From positions 1,389,928-1,453,927 of the forward strand of contig CAWHVG010000001.1 of assembly GCA_963832725.1 (NCBI GenBank): a stretch of 64,000 nt of DNA, in the 5' to 3' direction. This DNA comes from an uncultured Pseudomonadota bacterium (GTDB taxonomy: Bacteria > Myxococcota_A > Polyangia > Polyangiales > Sandaracinaceae). Shown one piece after another: positions 52,468 through 62,365 of this stretch (positions are counted from its first letter, which is position 1; each line of letters starts with the position of its first letter). The translations under genes were made by a program, and so were the position numbers. Below the pieces are notes generated by a model, which was given only the letters and a program-made list of their open reading frames with translations, did no database searches and was not told the DNA's origin.

Positions 52468-53688
52468 TCATAGAGTGTTCAGGTAGCGGGCGATACCGCG
52501 GTAGCTGTTGGGACCCAGCACACCATCGACGGGGCCCGTGTAGCCGTGCGCGGCGGCGAGCCGCTGCATCGCCGCGTACGTGTGCACGCCGGGAACGCCA
52601 TCGTCGGGGCCGGTATAGCCGTAATCGCGCATGCCGCGCTGCACCCCCGCCCAGCTCTGCACCCCGAGGACGCCATCGATGGGGCCCGTGTAGCCGTTGA
52701 GCGCCGCGTACATCTGCAAGCGCATCCAGAACCACGCGTCCGGCGACCCGCTCGTCGCGGTGTTGCTGCTCGGGACCGGGCAGCCTTCGGGGAGGGTCGG
52801 CGTCGTGCAGGCGGCGCCTCCACCGCCGGGCTGGTGCTGGCCGATGTAGTCCGTCGACCAGCCCAGGTAGCGCGCACCGCTCGCGGCGTTGTATCCGGGC
52901 ACGCTGTTGACACCGATGGCCGTGCCCCACGAGTCCGCCAGGTGGCTCGATGCCATGAAGACGGTCGTGCCGCCGCCCAGCAGATCGATGCCGACGTGCC
53001 CGTAGCGGCCGATATCCCACCAATGGTACGCGCCGACGGGTGCCGCGGAGGGGTCGTGCCCGACGATGCTCGACATCCCGTACGCGGAGATCGCGCTCGG
53101 GGCGTAGCGGCTGTAGCCTCCGAATCGCACCATGAGCGCCGCACACCAGCCGCTCCACGAGCCACCGTCGCGGGTGGGGTTTGCGGCCGCGTACGAGCGC
53201 GCGTCGTCGTAGACGCGGCGGTCACAGACCGGCGCCGTCGGGGTGCAATCGACGGCGACGTGCACCGTGACCTCCCAGCTCGCGCTCGACCCGTCCTCGG
53301 CGCTGACGGTGTAGGTGACCGGTGCCTCGAAGCTCGTGGGCTCCCCGCTCGCCGGCGACACGCTCGCGCCATCGATGGTCAGCGTCGGGACGAGGGCGGT
53401 CACGTCGGTTCCCGCCGGCACGTCGAGCTCCACCGTCCCGTCGCCCACGACGCCGGTGACGTCTCCGTCGAGGCCGGCGTTGTCGGCAGCGAGGAGCTCG
53501 ACCCCGATGAGCTCGTGGGTCGACGACGGCACGTAGGCGTCCACCGTCCCCGCGTCGGCCGAGGAGCGCACGTCCCCCGCGCTCCCGGCGTCTGCGGCGG
53601 GAGGCGCGTCGTACGTGCTCGACGCGCTCAGCGTTCCGTCGCAACCGCCGAGAAGAAAGACTGCGACGAGGATGGCATTTCGGGTCAT
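52468..53688 (-). CDS. lipoprotein with CHAP/NlpC-P60-like Cys-His hydrolase domain and three peptidoglycan-binding repeats
   Basis: ILVAVFLLGGC lipobox. SGWCAALM (nucleophile Cys) ... YGHVGI (His). Three C-terminal copies of GYTGP.DGV.G, a PG_binding-like motif. Confidence 0.7.
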   Translation of the reverse strand: MTRNAILVAVFLLGGCDGTLSASSTYDAPPAADAGSAGDVRSSADAGTVDAYVPSSTHELIGVELLAADNAGLDGDVTGVVGDGTVELDVPAGTDVTALVPTLTIDGASVSPASGEPTSFEAPVTYTVSAEDGSSASWEVTVHVAVDCTPTAPVCDRRVYDDARSYAAANPTRDGGSWSGWCAALMVRFGGYSRYAPSAISAYGMSSIVGHDPSAAPVGAYHWWDIGRYGHVGIDLLGGGTTVFMASSHLADSWGTAIGVNSVPGYNAASGARYLGWSTDYIGQHQPGGGGAACTTPTLPEGCPVPSSNTATSGSPDAWFWMRLQMYAALNGYTGPIDGVLGVQSWAGVQRGMRDYGYTGPDDGVPGVHTYAAMQRLAAAHGYTGPVDGVLGPNSYRGIARYLNTL

Positions 53689-53862
53689 GGGCCCGACGCT
53701 CCGCAAGCCACGTGCCGCCTTCGGACACGCGCCCCCGGTCGTGCGGGGAGACTCGGAGTCTGCACCTGCACGCTCGGTTCGCGACTCGCTGTCGCGTTGG
53801 TTCCGCTCGCACCGTCCAGATTCTGGTCGTCCGGCTCACGAGCGAGCACGCGGCGCCGCGGG

Positions 53863-55389
53863 TCAGTCCCAGCCGTGACGGGCGAGGAACGCGCGCAGGG
53901 CAGGATCGTCCTTCGAGAGCGGCCGCAGGTAGTCGCCCAGGCGCTCGCGGCGCCACCAGCCGGGCTCGCCGGCGCCGGTCATGCGGTAGCGGTAGAAGCT
54001 CGCCCGCACGAAACGCGGCGGGGCGTCGGGAAAGGGGTCCTTCGAAAAGAGCGCGAGCACGCTCGGCTCGCCGCGCAGGAGCGCGTCGACGAGGTGCACG
54101 ATCCACGGCTGCCGCTCGTAGTCGCTGAGCGAGGCGAACCACATCTGCCAGTCGAGCCGATCCTGGTAGGGCGCGTGGATGCAGGGCATGCGCGCCGGAT
54201 CGCCCGGATTGCAGGGCAGCTCGTAGGCCTGCCAGCGCGCGCTCGGATCGCTCGGGTCGTCGTTGGTGCCCTCGAGCACGACCTGATGGCGCACGCGCTC
54301 TACGCTGCCGAACGCGCCGTAGCTGTTGACCAGATCGAGCCGGTCGTAGGCGGCGTTCATCGATTGATGGCGGGAGAGCAAGTTCATCGCCGGGTCCACG
54401 CTCAGCACCAGCACGACGGCGAAGAAGGTCCACGCGACGACGCTGCGAATCCGCGAAGGCGGCGGATCGGGCAGCGCGCGAAAGCGGCGGGGAAAGAGCC
54501 TCGCCAGCGCCCGATCGTCGAACGCGGCGAGCGTGGGGACGATGGTCAGCCAGTTCAGGAACGAGAGGTTGCCGCTGACGATCAGCGCGAGCTGAAAGCC
54601 GATGATCGAGACGCCGGCGGCGTAGCGGAAGCGGCGCGGACCGAAGAGGAAGAAGGGCGCCACCAGCTCGACGAGATGGTTGACGAGCACGCCCGTCGCG
54701 TGGACCCAGCCGGGCGCGAAGTGGAAGAGCCAGCTCAGCGGGTTGGGCAGCGGCTGCGTCTCGAAGTGGGTGTCGAGGCAGGTCAGCGCCTGCCAGCAGG
54801 GATCGCCGCGCACCTTGATCAGCCCGGCGCCGAACATCACCCGGAAGCTCAGCCAGCGCAGAAGCCAAATCACGGCGCGCGGCGTCTCGTCGGCGGGGAA
54901 CGGCCGCCAGGAACGGAGCGGGCAGAGGAAGATGGCGACGAAGCCGGTCTCACAGAGCAAGAGCTCCCAGCCGTAGCCGTAGAAGGTCTGACCGACCTGC
55001 ACGATGGAGAGGTAGAGCGCCCACAGGATGGCCATCACCGCCGCGTTGGTGACGCCGGCGGTGACCGCGAGCGCGAGGGCGAGGCCGAGGTAGGAGACGA
55101 GGCGGAGCGCCGCGTCCGAGCCGTCGAAGAAGAAGAGCGTCGGCTGGGCCAGGAACGCCGCGCCGGTCGAGCCGAAGTGGTCGCGGAGCGCGTCGAGGTA
55201 GCGAGCGGCGGGCATCAGGCCGCGGGCGCCGACCAACCCGACGAGCTGCCGGCTCGCCCCGAGGAACGCGAAGACGTAGACGAGCCCGAGCAGGCGCAGC
55301 ACGGCGAAGCGCACCAGCGCGTAGCGCGGGCGGTCCTTCTCGCCGGTGATGCGCTCGACCGCCTCGTCGAGCTCCGGATCGTCGCTCAC
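53863..55389 (-). CDS. lipase maturation factor (LMF1/DUF1222) family membrane protein
   Basis: 508-aa ORF. FGYGWELLLCETGFVAIFLCP, GAGLIKVRGDPCW and SYGAFGSV are the conserved LMF family blocks as I recall them. Confidence 0.7.
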   Translation of the reverse strand: MSDDPELDEAVERITGEKDRPRYALVRFAVLRLLGLVYVFAFLGASRQLVGLVGARGLMPAARYLDALRDHFGSTGAAFLAQPTLFFFDGSDAALRLVSYLGLALALAVTAGVTNAAVMAILWALYLSIVQVGQTFYGYGWELLLCETGFVAIFLCPLRSWRPFPADETPRAVIWLLRWLSFRVMFGAGLIKVRGDPCWQALTCLDTHFETQPLPNPLSWLFHFAPGWVHATGVLVNHLVELVAPFFLFGPRRFRYAAGVSIIGFQLALIVSGNLSFLNWLTIVPTLAAFDDRALARLFPRRFRALPDPPPSRIRSVVAWTFFAVVLVLSVDPAMNLLSRHQSMNAAYDRLDLVNSYGAFGSVERVRHQVVLEGTNDDPSDPSARWQAYELPCNPGDPARMPCIHAPYQDRLDWQMWFASLSDYERQPWIVHLVDALLRGEPSVLALFSKDPFPDAPPRFVRASFYRYRMTGAGEPGWWRRERLGDYLRPLSKDDPALRAFLARHGWD

Positions 55390-55558
55390 GGCCGTGGAGA
55401 GTACGACGGCTCACGGCGAGGGCGACCTCCGGCGCGAGCGCCCGCTGGTGCCACACGATCCGGTAGCAAAAGGCGCCCACCGCGCGCATCGCCGGTGAGC
55501 CCCTTCTGGGATGCACCCGGGGGACGACATGCCATGATGGGGCCGCCCCGGAGGTTCG

Positions 55559-56380
55559 GTGTCGATGCGACGATGGCCCGCACTGCTGCTCGTGTGTCTC
55601 GCCGGGTGGGCGTGGCCGGCCGCCGCGTCCGCCGCCACGGCCGTGATCCTGCCCGTCGTGGGCGGCGACGCGGCCGTCAGCGAGGGCGCGCGGGAGCGGG
55701 CGCGGACCATCGGGGCGGACGTGCTGCGAGGCGAAGGCTGGCGCGTGTTCGACGCCGACGAGGTGACCGATTGTTTGCCGGAAGCGCTCCAACGCTGTGC
55801 GCCCGGCGACGCGTGCGCGTTCGAGCTGCGCGCCATCCTGAACGCAGACGCCGCGGTCGGTCTCTCGCTCTTCGGGGAGGGCGACGACGTGCGGCGGGTC
55901 GAGATCGTCATCACGGGTAGCCGCGGCGTCGCCCACCGCACCGAGGCCACCGTCGATCCGGAGGCCGGCCTGCCCTTCGCCGTCGCCGAGCCGCTCCGCG
56001 CCGCCCTCGCGGCGTGGACGAGCGGCCGCGTGACGGGGCCCGCGCCACAAGCGCCGGCGTCGGTGGTGGAGACCGGCACGCCGGCCATTCAGATCGGGCA
56101 CTCGCCGCTCAACTACTTCCTGGGCGCCCTCTTCGTGCTCGGCTCGGCCCCGATGCTCGGCTACGGCATCAACAGCGCCGTGCGCGACGGCGAGTGCATC
56201 AACGAGACGGCCGGCGGCTGCGTCCAGCGCATCCGCTTCAAGGAGGGCGCCGGGCTCTTCACGGGCCTGGGCGCCGCCACCTTCCTCGCGGGCGCGCTCT
56301 TCTTGATCCTTCGACCCATCCCGCTGCTCGTGAGCGCGACGCCGCAGTCGGCCTGGCTCGAAGTGCGGGGGACCTTCTGA
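55559..56380 (+). CDS. secreted/membrane protein, unknown function
   Basis: GGAGG lies before GTG 55559 and ATG 55565. Signal peptide WPALLLVCLAGWAWPAAASA. Two C-terminal hydrophobic helices. Confidence 0.55.
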   Translation: MSMRRWPALLLVCLAGWAWPAAASAATAVILPVVGGDAAVSEGARERARTIGADVLRGEGWRVFDADEVTDCLPEALQRCAPGDACAFELRAILNADAAVGLSLFGEGDDVRRVEIVITGSRGVAHRTEATVDPEAGLPFAVAEPLRAALAAWTSGRVTGPAPQAPASVVETGTPAIQIGHSPLNYFLGALFVLGSAPMLGYGINSAVRDGECINETAGGCVQRIRFKEGAGLFTGLGAATFLAGALFLILRPIPLLVSATPQSAWLEVRGTF

Positions 56381-56751
56381 TGCGGGCCGCGACCCTCAGC
56401 GCGCTGGCGGCGCTCCTCCTCGTCGCGGCGAGCGGCTGCAAGAACTACGCGGAGACCGTTCGCTGCGGCAACGGGCTCGTGCTCGACGACTCCGACCGTT
56501 GCGTTCCGCCCATGCCGGACGGCAGCGTGGACGGTAGCGCGAGCATCATGACGTGCATGGACCTCTGCAACGTCATCCCCGACTGGACCGACGCCCAGCG
56601 CACGTGCCTGACGAACCAGTTCTCGATGCTCGGCACGCTGCCGATGTCCTGCACCAATCTGACCACGACCGACAACTGCCTCACCTGCGCGAGCGACACG
56701 GGCGCGACCGACGCCCAGTGCGCGGCGGCCCCGCCGCTCTGCCCGCCATGA
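56380..56751 (+). CDS. small Cys-rich lipoprotein
   Basis: The ATG overlaps the upstream TGA (TGATG). LAALLLVAASGC lipobox. 123 aa. Confidence 0.55.
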   Translation: MRAATLSALAALLLVAASGCKNYAETVRCGNGLVLDDSDRCVPPMPDGSVDGSASIMTCMDLCNVIPDWTDAQRTCLTNQFSMLGTLPMSCTNLTTTDNCLTCASDTGATDAQCAAAPPLCPP

Positions 56752-56985
56752 GGCCGGCGGCGAGCCTCGCATTCAGCGGTCTCGTCGAGATGCCGCTCTG
56801 CTGATTCGCGGCGTCGTGCCGTGGAGGCGCTCTGACCGCCGGCCCCAACGGAGCTGCCGAGACCTCCCGGAGCCGCGCCAGAGCCAGGCCGCCGCCGGCG
56901 ATGGCGCCCGCCGGCCCGCGAGACGGAGCGAGGCCGCGCGGGACAACGCGATCCCACGCGGCCTCGTGAACGAAACGGGGCTCGA

Positions 56986-58743
56986 TCAGAGCGGACAGCT
57001 CCCGGCGTCGACGCAGACGACGTCGGTGGTGCCCGGGTAGTCGCAGCACTGGGAGAAGTCGCCGACGCAGCGTGTCGGGCACGGGCACATGGTGCAGCCG
57101 ACGGCCGCGCGGAAGGAGCGGCAGTTGCCGGCCACGCAGACGCGGTCGCTCGAGCAGCGGTTTCCGCAGTCGCCGCAGTTCAGCGGATCGCTCTGGAAGT
57201 CGACGCAGGCGTCGCCGCAGCGGTTGAGCCCACCGCAGCCGGTGGTGCAGGACCCGCCGGAGCAGTAGGGCATGCCGCCGCTGCACATCGCGCCCGCGCT
57301 GCCGCAGTAGGTCGGGCTGCTGGTGGGGTCGACGCAGGTGCCGCCGACGTCGACGAGGCCGGGCCGGCACTGGCAGCTGCCCGCCACGCAGTATTGGTTG
57401 CGCGAGCACCGGTTGCCGACGGTTCCGCAGTTGTTCGGGTCGCGGGTGAGATCGACGCAACGCGTGCCGGCGGAAGCGAGCGGCGGCGGGCAGTCGCAGA
57501 CCCCCGACACGCAGCTCGCCGAGGGATCGCAGCTGCGACGGCACGCACCGCAGTTGTTCGGGTCGCTGGTGAGGTCGAGGCAGGCGCCGCCGCAGATCGA
57601 GAGCCCCGGATCGCAGTGGCACGCGCCGCCGCCGCAGGTCGCGGAGGCCGGGCAGGTGTTGCCGCAGGTCCCGCAGTTCGCCGCGTCGGTCCCCGGATCC
57701 ACGCAGCGGCCACCGCAGACGATCTGCCCCGCCGGGCAGCTGCACGCGCCGCTGACGCAGGAAGCGCCGACCGCGCAGACGGTCCCGCACGCGCCGCAGT
57801 TGTTGGTGTCGGAGGAGAGGTCGGCGCAGGTGTCGGTGCAGGCGACTTCGCCGGTCGGGCAGACGCAGGCTCCGGCGCTACAGGTCGCACCGCTCGGGCA
57901 GACGTTGCCGCATGCGCCGCAGTTGTTGGGGTCGGTGCCGGTGGTCCCGCTGACGCAACCGGCGATGGCGCCGCTCGCGTCGGTGCAGGCGGCCGTGCCC
58001 GAAGGGCAGGCGCAAGAGCCGCTGGTGCAGGCCGCGCCGGGGACGCAGGCGGTGCCGCACGCGCCGCAGTGGTTGGGATCGCTGGAAGGATCGACGCAGG
58101 CGGTGCCGCAGCTCAGGAGGCCGGCCGCGCACGCGCAGACGGAGCTCGTGCAGACCTGGACGGAGCTGCACGCGCGGTCGCAGGTCCCGCAGTGGGCGTC
58201 GGTGCTGGTCAGGTCGTAGCAACCGTCACCGCAGAAGGTGGTCCCGGCCGGGCACTCGCACACACCGGCGTTGCAGCTCTGGCCCGCGCCGCACGCGTTG
58301 TCGCAGCGGCCGCAGTTGGACGGATCGGAGGAGAGGTCGACGCAGGCGCCGCCGCACTCCACCGTGCCGCCGCCGCAGACGCAGGCCGCGCCCATGCACA
58401 TCTGATCGGTACGGCAGGCGACGCCGCACGCGCCGCAGTTGGCCGGATCGGTGGCGACGTCGGCGCAGTACGCGCCGCAGTTGGTCTCGCCGACCGCGCA
58501 GCCGGTCGGTCCACCGTCGGTCCCCGTCGCCGCGTCCGCGGTGGGCCCGCCATCGCTGGGGCTGCCCGCGTCGGGGCTCGCGCCGGCGTCGGTCCCGCCA
58601 GCGTCGGCCGTGCCACCGCCGCCGTCCATCGAGCCGCCACCGTCACCCTGAACCGAGCCGTCGCGGCTCGTGTCGTTCGCTCCGCCGCACGCGGCCACGA
58701 GAGCGCTACACATCACTGACAAAGCAAAGCGTCGTACGTCCAT
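56986..58743 (-). CDS. myxobacterial-type cysteine-rich repeat lipoprotein (CGxCGxxC repeats)
   Basis: GGAGGA lies before ATG 58743 (MDVRRFALSVMCSALVAACGG). More than 12 repeats of ...C.D...D..NCG.CG..C..G..C..G.C.C. Confidence 0.8.
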   Translation of the reverse strand: MDVRRFALSVMCSALVAACGGANDTSRDGSVQGDGGGSMDGGGGTADAGGTDAGASPDAGSPSDGGPTADAATGTDGGPTGCAVGETNCGAYCADVATDPANCGACGVACRTDQMCMGAACVCGGGTVECGGACVDLSSDPSNCGRCDNACGAGQSCNAGVCECPAGTTFCGDGCYDLTSTDAHCGTCDRACSSVQVCTSSVCACAAGLLSCGTACVDPSSDPNHCGACGTACVPGAACTSGSCACPSGTAACTDASGAIAGCVSGTTGTDPNNCGACGNVCPSGATCSAGACVCPTGEVACTDTCADLSSDTNNCGACGTVCAVGASCVSGACSCPAGQIVCGGRCVDPGTDAANCGTCGNTCPASATCGGGACHCDPGLSICGGACLDLTSDPNNCGACRRSCDPSASCVSGVCDCPPPLASAGTRCVDLTRDPNNCGTVGNRCSRNQYCVAGSCQCRPGLVDVGGTCVDPTSSPTYCGSAGAMCSGGMPYCSGGSCTTGCGGLNRCGDACVDFQSDPLNCGDCGNRCSSDRVCVAGNCRSFRAAVGCTMCPCPTRCVGDFSQCCDYPGTTDVVCVDAGSCPL

Positions 58744-59148
58744 TCCGGTCCTCCAGCGGGCACCGGATTGCAACCGACGTTCCTCTCCGCGCTGCACGGC
58801 TTGGGCCCTTCGGGCGCCGCGCCGAAGTCCAACATGCGTACAGGTGTACGGGGGACGTACGGTGTCGGACCGCGGCGGCCCCGCCGCTCTGCCCGCCTCG
58901 AGCGCGGCTGCGCAGAATCGGCCGCACGCCTCGCGTTTCGGCGGCCTCGCTCGCATGCCAGGGGCGGGTCGGCCCGCATCCGCTGCACCGTCAGCTCGGC
59001 TCCGACGACACTGCCGCCGCGTGGTCGCTCCCGAGCCACGCTCCGGTGCATCCCTCACGCACGCCGTCGACAGCGACGTCGTGAGCCGCCGTGGCGCACG
59101 CGCTGGCGGACGACACGCAGGAGGCGACCGAGACCGCCTCTTCCGCGC

Positions 59149-60883
59149 TCACATGCGCTCGGGCGCCTCGATGCCGAGCAGCGAGAGGCCGCGGGCGAGC
59201 TGACGGCGGGTGAGATCCACCAGCGCCAGCCGGCTCTCGCGGACCGCGCCTTCGCTCTTGAGCACGGGGCAGTGCTCGTAGAACGCGAAGAAGACGCGCG
59301 CGAGACCGTAGAGGTGCTCGGCCACGTAGTGCGGGTAGCACTGCTCGGCGGCGCTGTGGACGACGTCCGAGAGCTTCATCAGCCGCCGCGCCAGCGCGAG
59401 CTCGTAGGGGTCTTCGAGCCGCAACCGGTCGGCCGTGAGCGCCGCCGTGTCAATCTCGCCCTTGCCCAGGATGCTGCAGCAGCGGGCGTGCGCGTACTGG
59501 AGATAGGGCCCCGCGTTGCCGCTGAAGCTGATCAGCTTGTCCCAGTCGAACTTGTAGTCGCTGGTGCGGTTCTGACTGAGGTCCGCGTACTTCACCGCGC
59601 CGATGCCGACGGGCCGCGCGAGGTCGCCGGCCATCTCGGCGGAGAGCGAGAGCGGCTCCTGTTGCATCAGCGCCGCCGCGCGCTCCTCTGCCTCGTCGAG
59701 GAGGCTCGAGAGGGTGATGGCCGTGCCGTCCCGCGTCTTGATCGGCTTCGCATCCGTGCCCAGCACGGTCCCGAACCCGACGTGCTCGAGCCGCATGTCG
59801 ACGCCGAGCAGGCGCATCACCTCGAAGAGCTGCTCGAAGTGGCCCGCCTGCCGCTTGTCGACGACGTAGAATCGCCCGCTCGGTGCCCCAGCGCTCCTGC
59901 CGGTAGAGCACGGTGGCGATGTCGGTCGTCGAGTAGAGGAAGGCGCCGTCCTTCTTCTGGACGATGAAGGGCACCTTCTGCTTTTTGAGCTTCCCTTCGA
60001 CGGCCTCGAGCTCGTTGAAGAAGACGCAGAGCGCGCCCTGATCGTCGCGCGCGATGCCCTCGTCGCGGAGCTTCTGCACGACGCCGGACAGCATGTCGTT
60101 GTAGGCGCTCTCGCCGAGCCACTCGTCGAAGTGGACGTCGAGCCGCTCGTAGATCGTGTCGAGGCTCTTGCGCGTAGCCTCGACGAAGTGCTCCCAGAGC
60201 CGGTGGTTCTCGGCGTCGCCGGACTGCAGCTTGGCCAGCTCGGCGCGCGCCTTCTCGGCGAAGTCCTCGTCCTCCTTGGCCTTCGCCGACGCGAGCTTGT
60301 AGACGCGCTCGAGCTCGACAATCGGATTCCGCTCGAGCGCCTCTTCGGAGCCCCACTCGCGCATCCCCACGATGAGCAGGCCGAACTGGGTGCCCCAGTC
60401 GCCGAGGTGGTTGTCGCCGATGACCTCGTGACCGGCGAAGCGCAGGAGGCGCACCAGCGAGTCGCCGATGATGGTCGAGCGCAGGTGCCCGACGTGCATC
60501 TGCTTGGCGATGTTGGGGCTGGAGAAGTCGACGACGACCTTCTCCGGCGTCTCGACGCTCGGCACGCCCTCGCGCTCGCGGTCGACCAGCGCCTCGCCGA
60601 GGCGGGCCGCGATCCAGGCGTCGTCCAGGCGCAGGTTCACGAACCCGGGGCCGGCCACCTCGGCTTTGGCGATGGCCTCGTGCTCGGCCAGCTCGTCGGC
60701 CACCGGCTGGGCCAGCTCGCGCGGGTTCTTCTTCAGCCGCTTGGCGAGCGGGAGCACCCCGTTGACCTGGTAGTCGCCGTGCTTCTCGTCCTGCGTCGCG
60801 CGCACGATGGCCGGCGCGTCCACCGAGAGGACGTCGCGGATGGCCTCGGTCGCCAGGGAGTCCAGGAAAGGCTCGATGCGCAT
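59149..60883 (-). CDS. argS: arginine--tRNA ligase; frame broken at 59879-59883
   Basis: [21 protein letters not shown] (HIGH region), then [12 protein letters not shown] and the C-terminal anticodon-binding domain ending in M. ORFs 59450..61672 and 59149..60321 join as ERAIYVVDKRQ when one base of GAATC (GATTC on the coding strand) is removed. Confidence 0.9.
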
Positions 60884-61084
60884 GCGCGGGCTTCTACTAC
60901 ATGAGCCCCCACCGCGCCCGCGGACCTCGCCGTCGCGCCAGGGCGCACGTTCGCGCGCGCTTCGCACGGTGCGGGCTGCGACACGCGGAGGCCGGGAGCT
61001 GGCGCGAGCCCCCAGGATCGTTCCGAGCCGCGCGCGTGCTTCTCTGTTGCGCCCGCGGCCCAGGCGGACAAGATCGAGGCCCTC

Positions 61085-62202
61085 ATGGGCGGAAGCACCT
61101 TCGGCGTCCTCTTTCGCGTCACCACGGCCGGCGAGTCGCACGGGCCGGGCAACGTGGTCGTCGTCGACGGCTGCCCGCCGGGCCTGCCCCTCGAGGTCGA
61201 CGATCTCCGCCGCGACCTCGCGCGCCGCCGACCCGGCCAGAGCAAGATCGTCACGCAGCGCAAGGAAGCGGACGAGCCCGAGATCCTGAGCGGCGTGTTC
61301 GAGGGTCAGACCACCGGCACGCCGATCGCCATCCTGGTGCGCAACGCGGACCAGCGCTCCCGCGACTACGCGGAGATCCGCGAGCTCTACCGGCCCGGCC
61401 ACGCGGACTACACCTACGACGCGAAGTACGGCTTCCGCGACTACCGGGGCGGCGGCCGCGCCAGCGCGCGGGAGACGGTGGCGCGGGTGTGCGCGGGCGC
61501 CATCGCCAAGAAGCTCCTGGCCCGGGCCTTCGGCGGGAACGTGGTCGGCTACGTGACGCAGGTCGGCGACGTGGTGGCCGAGGTGCCCGACCCGGCGGCG
61601 GTCACGCTCGACGCAGGTGGAGACGCTGCCCGACGGCGCGCCCAACATCGTCCGCTGCCCCGACCCGGCCAAGGCGGCGGCAGATGGTCGAGCTCATCGA
61701 GCGCGTCCGGAAGGAGCAAGACTCGATCGGCGGCGTGGCCGAGCTCGTGGCCACGAACGTCCCCGCCGGCCTCGGCGAGCCGGTCTTCGACAAGCTCAAG
61801 GCGGATCTCGCGAAGGCGCTCTTCAGCCTGCCGGCCGTGCTCGGCGTCGAGTACGGCGCCGGCTTCCGGGCGGCGACGCTCCGCGGCAGCGAGAACAACG
61901 ACCTCTTCCGGCCCGCCGAAGGAGGCGAGGCGATCACCACCGCCACCAACCGTCACGGCGGGATGCTCGGCGGCATCTCCAGCGGCATGCCGATCGTGCT
62001 GCGGGCGGTGGTGAAGCCGACCAGCTCCCTGCCGCAGGAGCAGGCGACGGTGAACCGGCAGGGCGAGGCGGCGACCATCCGCACCAAGGGCCGCCACGAT
62101 CCCTGCCTGCTCCCGCGCTTCGTCCCGATGGCCGAGGCGATGGTGGCGATGGTGCTCGCCGACCACTGGCTCCGCTGGCGCGCCGCGGCGCCGCTCGGTT
62201 GA
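61085..62202 (+). CDS. aroC: chorismate synthase; two frame breaks (about 61609-61616 and 61672-61684)
   Basis: [27 protein letters not shown] and [10 protein letters not shown] are in the first frame. [21 protein letters not shown] is in the second. [18 protein letters not shown]...GRHDPC is in the third and ends at 62202. Confidence 0.9.
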
Positions 62203-62365
62203 TGGCGCTCGTGCTCAGCGGCGCGCTCCGTCGCGCTCGTGTCCTCGCTCCGACCTTTGCGTCGGGAGCCCGATCCGCTCACTCGGAGCCCGCTCCCCGG
62301 TCGGTGAGAGCTCGGGGCGAGGTTCGCCGCGGCGCCGCGCGCGCCATCCGCGGTGGAGCGAGAGC

